From Eledone cirrhosa (Eukaryota), in assembly GCA_964016885.1 (NCBI GenBank), contig OZ024741.1:37138001-37202000 (forward strand): a stretch of DNA of 64,000 bases, given 5' to 3'. The notes beneath the pieces are model-generated. The model saw only the letters and a program-made list of their open reading frames with translations. It was not told the DNA's origin and did no database searches. The position numbers and the translations under genes are program-made. This document shows positions 26,574 to 39,768 of this stretch, one piece after another. Positions within the stretch are counted from its first letter, which is position 1. Every line of letters starts with the position of its first letter.

Positions 26574-29500
26574 CCCAGTAGAGTGGAGTGCAACAGACTC
26601 AAAACTTTAATTGGCCAATTCCAACTGGCCGATAGGTATCGACTGGATTTCCCGACTGCACCACAGTGGATGTGGGCAAACCGCAGTGGAACATCTAGAT
26701 CGTATTTAGATAGGTTCTTCATTAGAGAAAGGGACAAGGAGATGTTAAGCTGTCCACGAATGCACATGGTTGCCTATTCAGATCACAAGTTCGTCATCTG
26801 CTTAGTCAACCGTGATAGAATACATAGACAGGGTCCCGGATACTGGAAGCTAAACGTGTTGTTGCCGGCACGTAAAGCTTACAGTGAACGGATAAGTAGA
26901 CTAGTCAAGCAACAATTAACGGGAGCCATCGTCAACAATAGATGGTGGTACTCTCCCAAGAAAGCTATTAGAATAGAATCGATAGGGTATAGCAGAGAGT
27001 TAGCCTTAGAGAAAAACAGAATAGAAAGAGAACTAGTAACCAAGGTAGAGGAGGCACTTAGAAGTGGCAACGCGGCTAGAGTATTAGCATCGAGAACGGC
27101 ACTGGACCAGTTCTTCGATGCGAAACACGAAGGCTGCGTGGTCAGAAGCAAAACACGTGCTCTAGGAAACGAAGGAGCGAAAGCTGTCAGCTGGGCCCGA
27201 GTGGCGGAGGCAAAAAGTGGCAACAAGTCCACAATTCGGTCTTTGAAAGACCAAAACGGACGCATGCTACTTGACCCCAAGCAAATGTGCGCGGCCTTTC
27301 AGCGGCACTTTGTGCGACTGTTTGAGCAGAACGACGGTGAGCTGAACGGAGCAATGGACTTTAGTTCATACCTCGACGGCCTGCCGCGTCTCTCGAACAC
27401 GGATGCCGAGTTCTGCGAAAGACCCATCACGGCAACTGAGATACGGGACGCTCTGGGCCGCTGCGGGAAACGCAAGTCACTCGGTCTAGATGGTCTACAA
27501 GTTTTACATAGGCATGCCGGACTTGTTTTCTGGCGTCCTCGAAGCCGTCTACTGCAATTGGCAGCAGAATGGGAGAATTCCTAGTTCTGCAGGCAAGGGC
27601 GTAGTAACGCTGATCAGGAAAGACGAGAACAAGGGGGACGAAATTAACAACTCAGGCATATAACTCTGCTCAACACAGAGTTAAAGATTTTGGCCAAGGT
27701 GCTAGCGACGAGGTTGGTGCTTGTCGTCGAGAACCTGGTAGGGAAAGCGCAAACGTGTGCAATCCCGACCAGGTCCATACATGACAACCTCCACCTCATG
27801 CGATACATCATAGAGAGGGTGAGTAGTAAACCTGGCTTCAGTGGGGCTCTGATCAACTTGGATCAGTCTAAGGCATTCGATAGGGTCGACCATCAATACT
27901 TGGAAGCTGTTCTCAAGGCAGCTGGTTTCGGTCCCGTGTTCAGAGGATGGATCGAGGCGATGCACACCAGCATCTGCTCGAGGGTCAAGGTGAATGGCTA
28001 CCTATCGGAGCCGATCGCAATCACGCGTTCCATTTGACAGGGGTGCCCTTTCTCCTCCATTCTGTATGTATTGATTCTAGAGCCACTACTGCGGAAATTG
28101 GAGCTGTTGCAGGGCATCCCTCTAGAACCAGGACTGCGCAAAGCGGCGTCGGCTTATGCCGACGACGTAACGGTAATGGTGTCGGGCACCTCGGAAATCG
28201 GGGTGATCGGCAACATACTGAAAGAATACGAAACGCTGACGGGAGCAAAACTAAACCTGGACAAGTCTGTCGGTTTGCAACTCGGTACGTGGAGAGGTAA
28301 ACCGATGACGTCCGACAGCGTCGTTGGACGCTGGATGGACGGACTGGTGAAATTGCTCGGAGTCTGGTTCGGTCCAGACCTCCAGGTGGAGAAAAACTGG
28401 AACGAGGTCACGGCCAAGGTGTTTGCACTCACCCAGAAGTGGGCAGAGTGCAAACTGTCCTTGAAAGGTCGAGCGGAGGTAGCGAACACTTTCATAGCGT
28501 CCGTCATCTACTACCGCTTGACTGTCGTGCCTTGTCCCCGTGAACATCTCGCCAAGATGGACCGCATGCTCTTCCAGTTTCTGTGGAAGAAGCAGGCTCC
28601 GCTGGTGAGGAGATCCTTCTGCTGTCAGCACCCTTCCAACGGAGGGCTGGGAATGCCGTGGCTGATGATGCGCAAACATGTGCTGAGGCTGCGGAATCTC
28701 CAGGTATTCCTCACCGACCCCCAACCGGTGTGGGCACCGTTTGTGAGACAGGCTTTCCCACAGCTCGTCTCGCTGACGGAGCTGCAGTCCTGGGTCAAGA
28801 AAAGACCGAAAACGATGGGCGCCTGGCACATTGAATGCGCTCAGGCGCTCACAGTCCTCTGGCAAGCGGGCGCAGCAATCAGTGGAAACTCCACTTCGAC
28901 ATTCTATAGAGGGATTGTACATTACAAGGGCGACGACATGCTCGGAGAGACTCTGGGCGTCGAAGACGATGAGCTCACTAGTCTATTTGGTAGGACTTTC
29001 CGCCCGGGACCTATGGACAACTTCCAGAGGTCCCTGGCCTGGCAATGCTACCGAGGAGCTCTACCAGTTCGTGACAAGATCTACAGGCACGGACGCCCCG
29101 GCAGGGATCCTTCCAAGAGGACGTGTCCAAGATGCGCGCAGGACATTGAAACAGTCCTGCATGCAATTGTACACTGCCCAGCGTAACTGACCTCTGGAAC
29201 TCTGCAGATCAACTGCTGTCGCGTATGGGACAAATCCAGTTGACTGCCGAGTCTATAGTAAGGATCAAACCGCCAGCCTCTTTCAAAAACTAAAGAGAGG
29301 TGGTTTTCCTCTGTACGGTGGCTATGGTGAAAGAAGTTATATGGTGGACGAGGTTGAGAGGACTGAGGACAGATGCCTTTCTCTCCGGACAACAATTGAT
29401 TCCCTTCTTTAAGTATCACTTTAGAAGGAGAATCAGGGTGGAGAGAGAGGCACTGCACCCCAGTAAATTTACTGAAAGGTGGGTGAATGAAGCAAAAATG

Positions 29501-29773
29501 GCCCGAGTGATTGGGCCTTCTCTGTTTATAAGCCTGTAGGTTGAGGAAGAGAGCAAAAGAAAGAAAGGAGCACTTGCACAACACGCTCCTGGAGTTGAGG
29601 GTTGTTCTATCGACGGGGTATTAAACAACCCATTTGTGGCGCCTCCCCCCTATTGGGGATTTCGATTGTTGTAATTGTTTGTTTTTATATTTTTTACACG
29701 ACTGTATGTTAAATCCCCGGCATGTCTTTGTATTGTCTCCTTTTCTTGTGTGCCCTTGTGGCTAATAAAGAAA
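26574..29773 (+). mobile_element. 5'-truncated Tx1/L1-clade LINE (APE end, RT, CCHC), disrupted
   Basis: ORFs 26532-27584 (SYLDRFF, SDHK, GYWKLN), 27690-28037 (LDQSKAFDRVDH), 28071-29186 (AYADDV, CPRC..HAIVHC) and 29300-29539; ends AATAAAGAAA then (TATC)n. Confidence 0.92.
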
Positions 29774-29904
29774 TATATCTATCCATCTATCTATCTGTCT
29801 GTCTCTCCCCTCCCCCTCTCTCTCTGTCAGATCTGCATATATGTGTGTTTGTGTGTGCATGTATGTGCATGTGTGTGTTTGTGTATGCATCTTGGTGAAC
29901 AGTG

Positions 29905-30452
29905 AACGTGCATGGCCTAAAGTTTAGGGAGTTGAGCCCATGACTGTAAGTTTGGGGATTCAATTCCCTGACTTTGTGGTTCATTGTGTTGTTGAGCAAT
30001 GGTACTTCATCTTCACTTAACATTGCTTCATTTCACTCAGCAGAAAATGAGTACCAGCTGCAACTTGGGGGTTAACCCATGATAGATTGGCATCTTATCA
30101 GTCTCAGTAGCTTAATGATAATGGTAAAGTAAAGACCCCAGTCACGAATGACCATGGATTTGCACCTAGAAAGTTTCCCTCCAAGGCACAAGTCCGGGCA
30201 AAGTTGTTTGTGGAAGACCAGCTGTCACCTATGCATACCAGCCTCCCCTCTCCACACCAACAATAATGTCAAAGGGAAAGACAACAGTGACATCCAACTC
30301 ATTTCTACAGCTGAGTAAACTGGAGCAACATGAAATAAAGTGTCTTGCACAAGGACACATCGCATCACCTGGTCCAAGAATCGAACTCACAACCTTCCGA
30401 TTGCAAGCCCAATGCTCCAACCACTAAGCCATGCTCTAACCACTAAGCCATG
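29905..30452. mobile_element. two tail-to-tail tRNA/CORE SINEs (29905-30110 +; 30135-30452 -)
   Basis: tRNA heads and CORE-like GTGTTGTTGAGCAA / GTGTCCTTGTGCAAGACACTTT motifs. Confidence 0.6.
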
Positions 30453-30454
30453 AT

Positions 30455-30790
30455 AATGATAATAATGGTAATGAAAATTATTGTGTACAGTGTTCAGGTA
30501 CACTACAATTCATCAAAGGTGCATGCATTATACAAAGAATAATGTACAAATGATAGGAAAGTGAACAGTGTATGAGTCATGATATATACACAGATACATG
30601 CATGCATGTGTATGGAGGGGGAATATCATTTGTAGTGTTGGCGAATTTCGAGAAGCAGGACGCAGTGTCCTAACAGCTAACAACCGATGCAGGTAGTTTG
30701 TTCCATGCTTCAGCAACTCTGAGCATCAAAAAATGTTTTTGAAAGTCATGGGAGCTGTGCTGTTACCACACAAAACCAGGATGATGGGCC
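30455..30790 (-). mobile_element. CR1/L2-type LINE 3' fragment
   Basis: Minus strand encodes QKHFLMLRVAEAWNKLPASVV (CR1-type RV..WN.LP motif), followed by the same 3' UTR as 9180-9313. Confidence 0.65.
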
Positions 30791-31233
30791 TTTACGTTCA
30801 AGAATGACTTACACTTTGGTCAAGGTATAATTTCACTCCTCATATTATAAAATACTTTAATAATTATTTTTAGCCCTTTTGACACCAAATCTTTTGAACC
30901 TACCCTTGGTTCTAAAATACATAGCAAAAATATCTTACAGGCATTTTCTCAACCCTTTTGATACCAAACTGTTTGAAACTGGCCCTGGATCTAAGATTCA
31001 AAACTGTTTGTTTTGAAGTGCTTGTATTTATCTAAAAACTTTCCATCATAATTCTATGTAAGAATCTTTGTTAAGTTCCAAACAACAGATAAATAACAAG
31101 AAAGTTATATTACTAAATCCCTCTAAATTCTTGATATTTTTTAAATTATTTGATATTTTATAGGAAGTGTCTTTCATTAGAAATATAACAAAAGTGTTAA
31201 AATGTTTATATTTATCCAAAACTCTTCCATCAT

Positions 31234-31545
31234 AAACAATGTACAAAACCGAATTTTCAGCTTTTGAAGCACTGAGAACATATAAATAGTATAAAGAAAG
31301 CACAGAAATGCTATAAAGATTGCTTATAGAATAAGGGGAAAACCCTTAAAAGATGGAAAAAGAAGTTGCCATTGCCTGCTATGAGGAATTGAACTCCCAT
31401 ATCTTCCAGCCAGTATCTGGAATATATGGGAGTTCAATTTCTCATAGCGGGTACTGGCAACTTCTTTTTCCATCTTTTAAGGGTCTTCACCCTATTTTAT
31501 AAGCTATCTTTATAGCATTTCTCTGCTTGAGCACTTTCTTTATAC
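31234..31545. mobile_element. foldback insertion (257-bp hairpin 31289-31545 + 55-bp arm) flanked by a 10-bp direct repeat
   Basis: CTTCCATCAT at 31224-31233 and 31546-31555; arms meet at TTCCAG-CCAGTAT-CTGGAA. Confidence 0.7.
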
Positions 31546-31621
31546 CTTCCATCATGATTTTATGTAAGAAACTTTAAGTTATGTTCCAAACATTATTTCT
31601 CATGTTAATTCATCCTGTAGA

Positions 31622-32330
31622 AACCAGCAGCACCAGCACCAGCAGCAACACCACCACTAACAGCAGCAGTACCACCACCACCACCACTAGCACCAGCAGC
31701 ATCACCACCACGACCACTACCACCAGCAGCAGTACCACCAGCGCTACCACAACCTCCACCACCAGAAGCACCACACCACCACAACCACTACCACCACCAG
31801 CAACAGCATCACCACCACTACCACCAGCACCACCACCACCACCAGCACCACACCACCATCACCACCACCACTACCACCACCACACCCACCACCACTAACA
31901 TCAGCAGCACCATCACCACCACCACCACCACTACCACCACCACCACCACACCCACCACCACCATCACTACCATCAGCAGCACCATCACCACCATCACCAC
32001 CACTACCACCACCACCACCACTACCACCAGCAGCAGTACCACCACCGCTACCACAACCCCCACCACCAGCAGCACCACACCACCACAACCACCACCACGA
32101 CCACTACCACCACAACCACCACCACAACCACTACCACCACCACCACTACCACAACCACATCACCACCACCACCACCACCACTACCACAACCCCCACCACC
32201 ACCAGCAGCACCACACCACCATCACCACCATCACCAGCAGCACCACACCACCATCACCACCACCACCACTACCACCACCAGCACCACCACCACCACCACT
32301 ACCACCACCTTCATCATCATCATCATCATC
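31622..32330. repeat. degenerate (CAC/CAG/CAT)n trinucleotide tract
   Basis: Directly visible. Confidence 0.9.
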
Positions 32331-32351
32331 AAAGCCACCAACATCTCCATC

Positions 32352-32820
32352 ATTTCTATGTCACTTTTTTCATGCTTGCATGAATTTTATGGACCTTCTC
32401 TAACATAGTTTCATTCCACTTGTTGCATTCCATTGTCATCTCCTCTTTGAGGTTCAGTATTCTGAGATCAGCACCTACCACCTCTGCCCAGGTTTTCTTT
32501 GGTCTTCCTCTTCCACAGCTTCCTTCCAGTGAGAAATCTAAACACTTCTTCACTCAGTGTTCATTATATGTAATACGTGTCCATACAAGCACACACTTCT
32601 CTCTTACACACTGCATCTGTTTCCTCTTACACCCATGATTTCCTCTCATCTCATCCATGCTTCATCATTCATGTATACTAACATTTCACATCCAACACAC
32701 CATGCTCAATTTGTTTCTCTGTAGCCTTTGCATATCATCTACATTCACTGTTCATGTCTTACTATTATGCAACATTGCATTTCACACACACGCATCACCC
32801 AATCTACCCTCTGATTGGAG
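32352..32820 (-). mobile_element. old RTE LINE 3' fragment
   Basis: KKCLDFSLEGSCGRGRPKKTWAEVVGADL. Confidence 0.7.
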
Positions 32821-33088
32821 AGAAAAATCAATATTATAATTATTTTTTATATTGTATTATCCATATTAGATAGAATTCAATTTATATATATATATATATA
32901 TTATATTATATTATATTATATAATATTTTCTTTGATGCTTTCTGTAAATATATATATATACATATATAATATATATATATTATATTATATTATATTTTCT
33001 TTGATGCTTTCTGTAAATATATATATACATATATATATATACATATATGTATATATATATTATATTATATTTTCTTTGATGCTTTCTG

Positions 33089-33181
<93 letters not shown>

Positions 33182-33842
33182 TATATTATATTATATTATA
33201 TTGTTTTTCTTTGATGCTTTCTGTAATATCAGTTCACTTAGTTTGCAATTGCATGTCTAGACAGCTTATCAAACAGTTTTATTGATATAATTTAAAAACT
33301 AACAAAAAAGCCTTTTAACTTGTTTTGTTTTCAATAAATGATATGTAGTTAAGGCATAGCTGTGTGGTTAAGATGCTTGTTTCACTGCCACGTGGCTTCA
33401 GGTTTGATCCCACTACATGACACCTCAGGCATGTGTCTTCTGTAATAGTCTCGGCCTGACTGCTACCTTTTCAGAGGAATAAATTTGGTAGATGGAACTT
33501 GTTGAGTTCCATTACAGACACACACAGAAACACACACACAGACATATACAGACAGACACACACACTCACACCCACACATACACACACACACATACACACA
33601 CACACACACATACACACACATACACACACATACACACATACACACATACACACACACATACTCACATACACACACACACACACATATGCATCTGATTTAG
33701 AATAAGTACATATATACCTATGTCATAAAAAGCGACTAAAAGGTTTGGTGTCAGAAACAGCATCTGGCGGCAAAATATTGCCTCAAAAAGTTTCATCCAA
33801 CCCATACCAGCATGGAAAAGTCACTGATGATGGTGATGATAT

Positions 33843-34388
33843 TAATTGAGAGAGAGACTTAGCATAAGAGGAATCAAATGCTATGTGCAGGAGAGGCGGT
33901 TGCGTTGGTATGGACATGTGATGCGTATGAAGGATGACAGCTGCATAAAAAGGTGCAGAGCACTAGAAGTTGATGGAAACCGTGGAGTGGGGAGACCCAA
34001 GAAGACCTGGGATGAGGTGATAAAAGCAGACCTTACCCAATTACAGTTCCCAAAGGCGATGACACACGACCATGACCTCTGGCGTCACGCAGTAATACAG
34101 AAGACCCGACCCCCCACGGGTACAAGCCGAAGTTGAAGCAATATAGACAATATGCCCCACACCCTCCCACTGCAAAGTGGTCGTGGAGGTGCCACGGCAA
34201 AAAAGCACCCAGCCCACACTGTAAATGAGGTTGGTGTTAGGAAGCGCATCCAGCTGTAGAAATCAAGCCAGAATCAGTTCTCGTATGAGCAAGACAAGGT
34301 CAGCCGACCAGACACTGCCCACAACAGGACAACCTGTCTAACCCATGCTAGCGTGGAAGAACGGACGTAAAACGGTGATGATGATGAT
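33843..34388 (+). mobile_element. RTE LINE 3' fragment with complete 3' UTR
   Basis: ERRLRWYGHVMRM..GRPKKTWDEVI; nearly identical to the reverse complement of 60066-60650; (GAT)n tail. Confidence 0.88.
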
Positions 34389-34392
34389 ATGA

Positions 34393-34428
<36 letters not shown>

Positions 34429-34511
34429 TTATCCAGGGTTCAATCGGGGGGTAACCACAGTAAGTAAGGTACTCAATACAACATAACAGAGTATAAATAT
34501 TTAATATAGAA

Positions 34512-34612
34512 ATGGCTTCTGCAGGACTAGAACTGTTTCATTCATATAAAAATCATCAGGAAGCCCTGATGATTTCTATACGAATGAAACAGTTCTAGTC
34601 CTGTAGAAGCCA

Positions 34613-34613
<1 letters not shown>
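34512..34613. ncRNA. palindrome of two back-to-back hammerhead cores (Penelope-type pLTR remnant)
   Basis: + strand CTGATGA(34566-72)-T-TTC tatac GAA-T-GAAAC agttcta GTC^CTGTAG; mirrored on the - strand at 34512-34559. Confidence 0.55.
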
Positions 34614-34645
<32 letters not shown>

Positions 34646-35545
34646 TTTTTTTTTTTTTTTAACATGTCTATCGAGCACTATTATTCGATATGTGGTTTCC
34701 CACATTACCTAAAAGTTTTCGCGGATATAGAGGTTATCTCCCTTGCTGGACTCCATGTGCGTCCCAGCTAAAGTTAGCTTCTTTATTCGTTTGGACATCA
34801 CCCGTTGATAAAGTGTTCCGGTCCATCCGCTCTCTAGAAGTCTTATATATTTTTATGTGGGCTGATAGGGGGCGGATTAAGGAATTGCAGAAACCCAAGA
34901 AGCTAGATTTACCATTTTCTAGTGGGTCCGGGTAAGTTTTTACATTCATATAAGTTTTCGATTTATTGGTATTTTATCTGAGTGATCCGAATCTTCCTGG
35001 TCGTTATTTTTCGGCTGCATGGGTGATTTTAGGCATAATCTTTGTGTGTTGGTATTTTAACGATAGTTATAGCTCTGATTTATCTGAATTATTGAGCCCT
35101 CTGCCACTCATGTCGGATTTGTTTATCGTAAACTCGTGAGCTGATTTTCCGATACTCGATTATTCTATTATATATAAATATATATATATATATATATTTA
35201 TTTATTTACTTATTGACCCATGCTAGCATGGAGAAATAGCCATAAAACAAATGATGATGATGATGATGACACACGTATATCTGTGAGTGTTTGTGTGTGT
35301 CTGATTCTCCTTGTATATCTTCCTGTTGATTGACACTGTTTAAACAAGTGGTGCCATTTGTTTATGTCCTGTACTGGAAAGGGTATATTTCATATCCAGA
35401 ACAAATCATGAGCCAGCTATTGAAATATTTATTATATAAACTGTTGGAGGTAGTAAATTAGTATGACTAATGCCAGAAATCCATGGTAAGATTTGAACAG
35501 AAAATGAACTTGTCTCACAGGCTAGGCTTATCATCATTGAATAGT

Positions 35546-36118
35546 GCTCACACACACACACATACACACAAACACACACATACACATACATACATACACA
35601 TACACCCGCACACACAATCACTCAGCCACACTCACACGCACACACACACACAATCACTCACACACACACATACATACATACACACACACAAGCACTCACG
35701 CACACGCACTCACACACACACAATCACTCACACAAACATGCCTACACCTACACGCACGCTTGTGCAAACAACCCCTGCCACACACACACACCTTCCTACC
35801 ATCACATATATTTCCTCCTACCACACACACTCACACATATACTCTCTCCTACCACCACACTCATATACACACTCACTCAAACACACACCTACATCTACTC
35901 ATGTACAAACACCCCTACCTCACTCACATGCACTCTCCTACCATCACACACACACTCACACACATGTTCAGACACACCAATACCCACACATGCACCCCCC
36001 ACCCCCCCACATACTCCCTCATACCACCACACACCTACACACATGCAAACACACACATACGCATATTTCCCCCTACCATTGCACACACAAACACATACAC
36101 ACCCCCACATGTACACAT
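35546..36118. repeat. degenerate (CA)n-rich tract
   Basis: Directly visible. Confidence 0.9.
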
Positions 36119-37304
36119 AAGGATATTATGTGTAGGCATGTGCTTTCAAATGAACAATGTTTAACTTTTAACATCCTGTAATGACTTAACTGAAGTCAAC
36201 TTTACTTTTCATCCATTCCAGGTGGATCAAAATGTACCAGTCTAATACTGGGATCGATTCTGACTCTACATTTCTTTCTCACTTCTGTTTTCTCACCCTC
36301 TATTCTTCTCTGGAAGAAATCTGATGTCTTCAGACCTGGAGAGGAGATGGGCTCTGCCAGGTTTTAAAAAATGCATCAGAAACGCCATATGTCGATACAA
36401 TACCCATACAACTTCCTTGGGAGTTACAGGACCAGACATGCAATGTCTTAGTAGAAAATATCTAGAAATAAGTTTCTTAATTCAAATGTCTGTAGTATCT
36501 TTACTAGTGGACACATTGTTGTGAAAATTTGCAGTAAACTTAGAGTAAAGACTATAATTTTTTAATGTGATACTGTCATAGAGCTGCTTTGTGCTTTTCA
36601 ACAATGTTTTACTAATGTGGTTTCATATGGTATGAGATGTTAAAAGTTAAACATTTTCTTTCTAATATCTATCTACTTACAGTAGTAAATAGCTGTTGAA
36701 AAATTTCTTAGTACAGACTTCTCTGCAGCCCTTCAAGATATAAATGAATAATACCAATAATTCTTTTCTGCCAAAATAACTTTGACCTATGTTGCTGCAG
36801 GAATAGTTAAAGGTCAAATAAAACAAAGAAGCAATTATCTAAAATTTGATTATATGATTACGTATAAATCTAGATTTTATTATTCTGATTTAGTGTTATT
36901 TTGTCTTGATGAAATTTATGTTTGTAACCGGAAGAGACAAAATGTGGTTTTAGAAAAGACAGGTACTATTGCTTCTCCATCATAACCTTTGCGATAAATT
37001 ATTTCTCATAAACTCTAGGGTGAATTATTATTGACAAAAAGTCAAAGACTTCCTCTTGGAAAGGAAAATATTTAGGTATATATTTAGGTTGTGTCTTTAA
37101 CCGTCTTGTTTCCATATTCCTAATGAAAGACACTGACTATGATTTTCAAATCATTTAAAAAATAATCAAGAATTTTAATGGATTTAGTTATATAACTAAC
37201 TTTCTCCTTATTTAGCTCATGTTTGGAGTGTAACTTAACAAAAGTTCTTACATAGAATTATGATAGAAGGTTTTTAGATACATATGAACATGTTAAAATA
37301 ATGA

Positions 37305-37490
37305 TTTCTACTTTTGGCACAAGGCCAGCAATTTCTCCAGTGCATTACTGGTACTTTATTTTATTGACCCCGAAAGGATGAAAGGCAAAGTTAACCTTAG
37401 TGGGATTTGAACTTAGATCCTAAAGGACCTTAACTCTATGATGCAAAGCCTAGCGTCCGAACCTTACCGATACTGCCAATCTACCGCCCT
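37305..37490 (-). mobile_element. Nin/Deu-domain tRNA SINE inserted in a TTAA-type MITE
   Basis: Reverse complement of the 48250-48436 family; TGAACATGTTAAAATAAT flanks both sides (37285-37302 and 37490-37507). Confidence 0.7.
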
Positions 37491-37569
37491 GAACATGTTA
37501 AAATAATTGTAATTTTATTTTATATAGTTTATTGTTATTTATTAATGTTAAAGTTATATGATTTTTATA

Positions 37570-37652
37570 TAAAACCCCCGCCATCACGTCTTGTAATGTC
37601 CCATTTTTGTACACACTTGTGGCAAATAAAGAAAGATATCTATCTATCTATC
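37570..37652 (+). mobile_element. Tx1-type 3' end stub followed by (TATC)n
   Basis: CTTGTGGCAAATAAAGAAAGATATCTATCTATC. Confidence 0.55.
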
Positions 37653-37989
37653 TACCTGGTTTTACTTGAGACGTGTGCCAGGTTGCTGGTAAGTTTTTGT
37701 GGATTTTCTAAGTAAGAAATCAAAAATTTATTGTTAAATTTATTACTATTTTATAGCTTGACCCCACGGTTGGACTTTCAGACGGTGGGTCAAGTCATCT
37801 TCACTCCTCCCTGGGGTGAAATTTTCGTTTTGAAAAAAAATTTCGCCGGTGAAAAAAAAAGTGTAAACAAACCTTGTATTCAATCATAACTAGAAGTGGT
37901 GGAGAGGCGGTAAGAGTGTTAAGCTCGAAGTCACCTCCTCTCACCACCTCATTGAAAGACATCGAAATGTCGTCAGTTTTGAAAACACG

Positions 37990-38121
37990 ATGTCGGACGT
38001 TGATTGTAACATCAACACTAACACAAACACCAATAACATGCAAAATATAAACAACACCAACCAGAACAACAACAACAACAACAATAATGACAACAAGAAC
38101 AGCAACAATGATAACAACAAC

Positions 38122-38167
<46 letters not shown>

Positions 38168-39731
38168 GCAGCAGCAACACGAACAACTCCACGAACAAGG
38201 AAAAGATTTCTTTTGCTCAAACCGTCCAAAAGACGGAACTGTTCACATACCTTGACATTTCCAATGCTAGGGAAATGTTAAGCAATGCAAAGCAGTATGT
38301 AACTTTTGGTGAGAGTGGTGCTTTCAGCATCACTTCTCCTCAACAGTTACGCAGAGAAACTGTTCTAAAAACAGTAATTTTTAGGACGGTCTCAAATGTG
38401 TCGAAAAAACCAGTTCAGTTATCCCAAAACGATATTGAGCTGGTTCTGAAGAATTCCATGAAGGATATTGCCTTCATCCAAAAAGGGAAACTTTTTGGAA
38501 GCATTTCGGTGTTGTTGAAAGACCAATTGACAGCACAAAAATATTCAGTATCGCCGATTGTGTCCCCCCTTTACACCTTTTTCTCCACATATATGAGAAA
38601 AAGAACTCAAAAAATAAAAATTTAGAACATTGCACCAAATGTAAACGTCTGGTGGATTCTAACTGGCTTCATCGATTTCGACGAAGACACCATCATTTCG
38701 GTGGGAAAGTCCTCCAGAAGCACATTCAATGGTACAAGCATGGAAGTTCTGGTCCAAATGAGGCCAGAACGGATAGCTAAAATACCCCAACGTGTGCCTC
38801 TGGATGGAATTTCACACATAAACATTTCTGTTGAGGGTAGGCGGCCTTCATGTTACCACTGTTTAAGCAGTGGTCACCTGAAGGCTTACTGTCCTCAGTT
38901 GAATAAAAAAAAGAGGAACTACTGCCAACACCCAAAACAACAACACAACCACCACCACCACCACAACAACAACAACAACACGCAAACACAACCAAAACAA
39001 GAACAACAAACCAACCTGCTAGCACAGTCCCACCCAACCCCACTCCACCTAAAACCACTGCAAAAACACCCACAAATACAACAGCTCCCCAAAACATACC
39101 CCTTCCAAATAACACAGACACCACAACGGACGAGGCCTCCACATCATCACCAAGTGATGATGAGGGAGAGCCTCTCCGTTCGAAAAGAAAGAAGAAAAGA
39201 CACCACAAGAACAAAAAAAAACAACAAACATCACTACAAACATACAACCACCAACACAAACAACACAAACATTACAAACAAAAACCCCCGTCCCGAAAAC
39301 AAAACCACGACATCACTCCAAACACTTACAACAAAGCGAAAGCTCCCACAAGAATAACAGACAAAAACCACCGCAACACAACAAGAACATTTACACATAC
39401 ATAAACAGTAAAAACAAAACTTTAATGGAGGTCATACACAGTTCGAAAAACTTTTTCGAACTGTGTAGACAAACCTAATTTAAAGATGATTAGGGTCCCT
39501 ACGGACACCTATAAGTCTTTAAAGGAAAACTTTCCTAAGGACGTGGGTAATCCTTGTGTTAAACCCATTAACCGCGTCCTTTTAAAAAGTTTCCCCACCC
39601 TCACCCCAGACACCCCCACCCCACCAAAAATCTCCGTCCCCACCCCGCCGGAAACCACCACCCACCCAGACAACTCCTCTAATACCCCCATGGAAACCGT
39701 GCGGCCTGATCCCCGGGAGACGAAGAGGTGA
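37990..39731 (+). pseudogene. Tx1 ORF1 (Asn-rich N-terminus, CCHC zinc knuckle, Thr/Pro-rich linker)
   Basis: ORF pieces 37990-38625, 38701-39357 (CYHCLSSGHLKAYC = CX2CX4HX4C) and 39486-39731. Confidence 0.8.
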
Positions 39732-39768
39732 GTGTTTTCTTCTCCTCTTTTAACTTTTCAGAACCAAC

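Noticed and set aside
28251-28922. Long antisense/alternative-frame ORFs within the Tx1, RTE and Dong elements
   Set aside because: Expected shadow ORFs of GC-richer TE coding sequence
36300-37090. Possible host exon (66-67 aa ORFs)
   Set aside because: Part of it is similar in reverse complement to 1-95 and ~8730-8825, so it is more likely an old interspersed repeat
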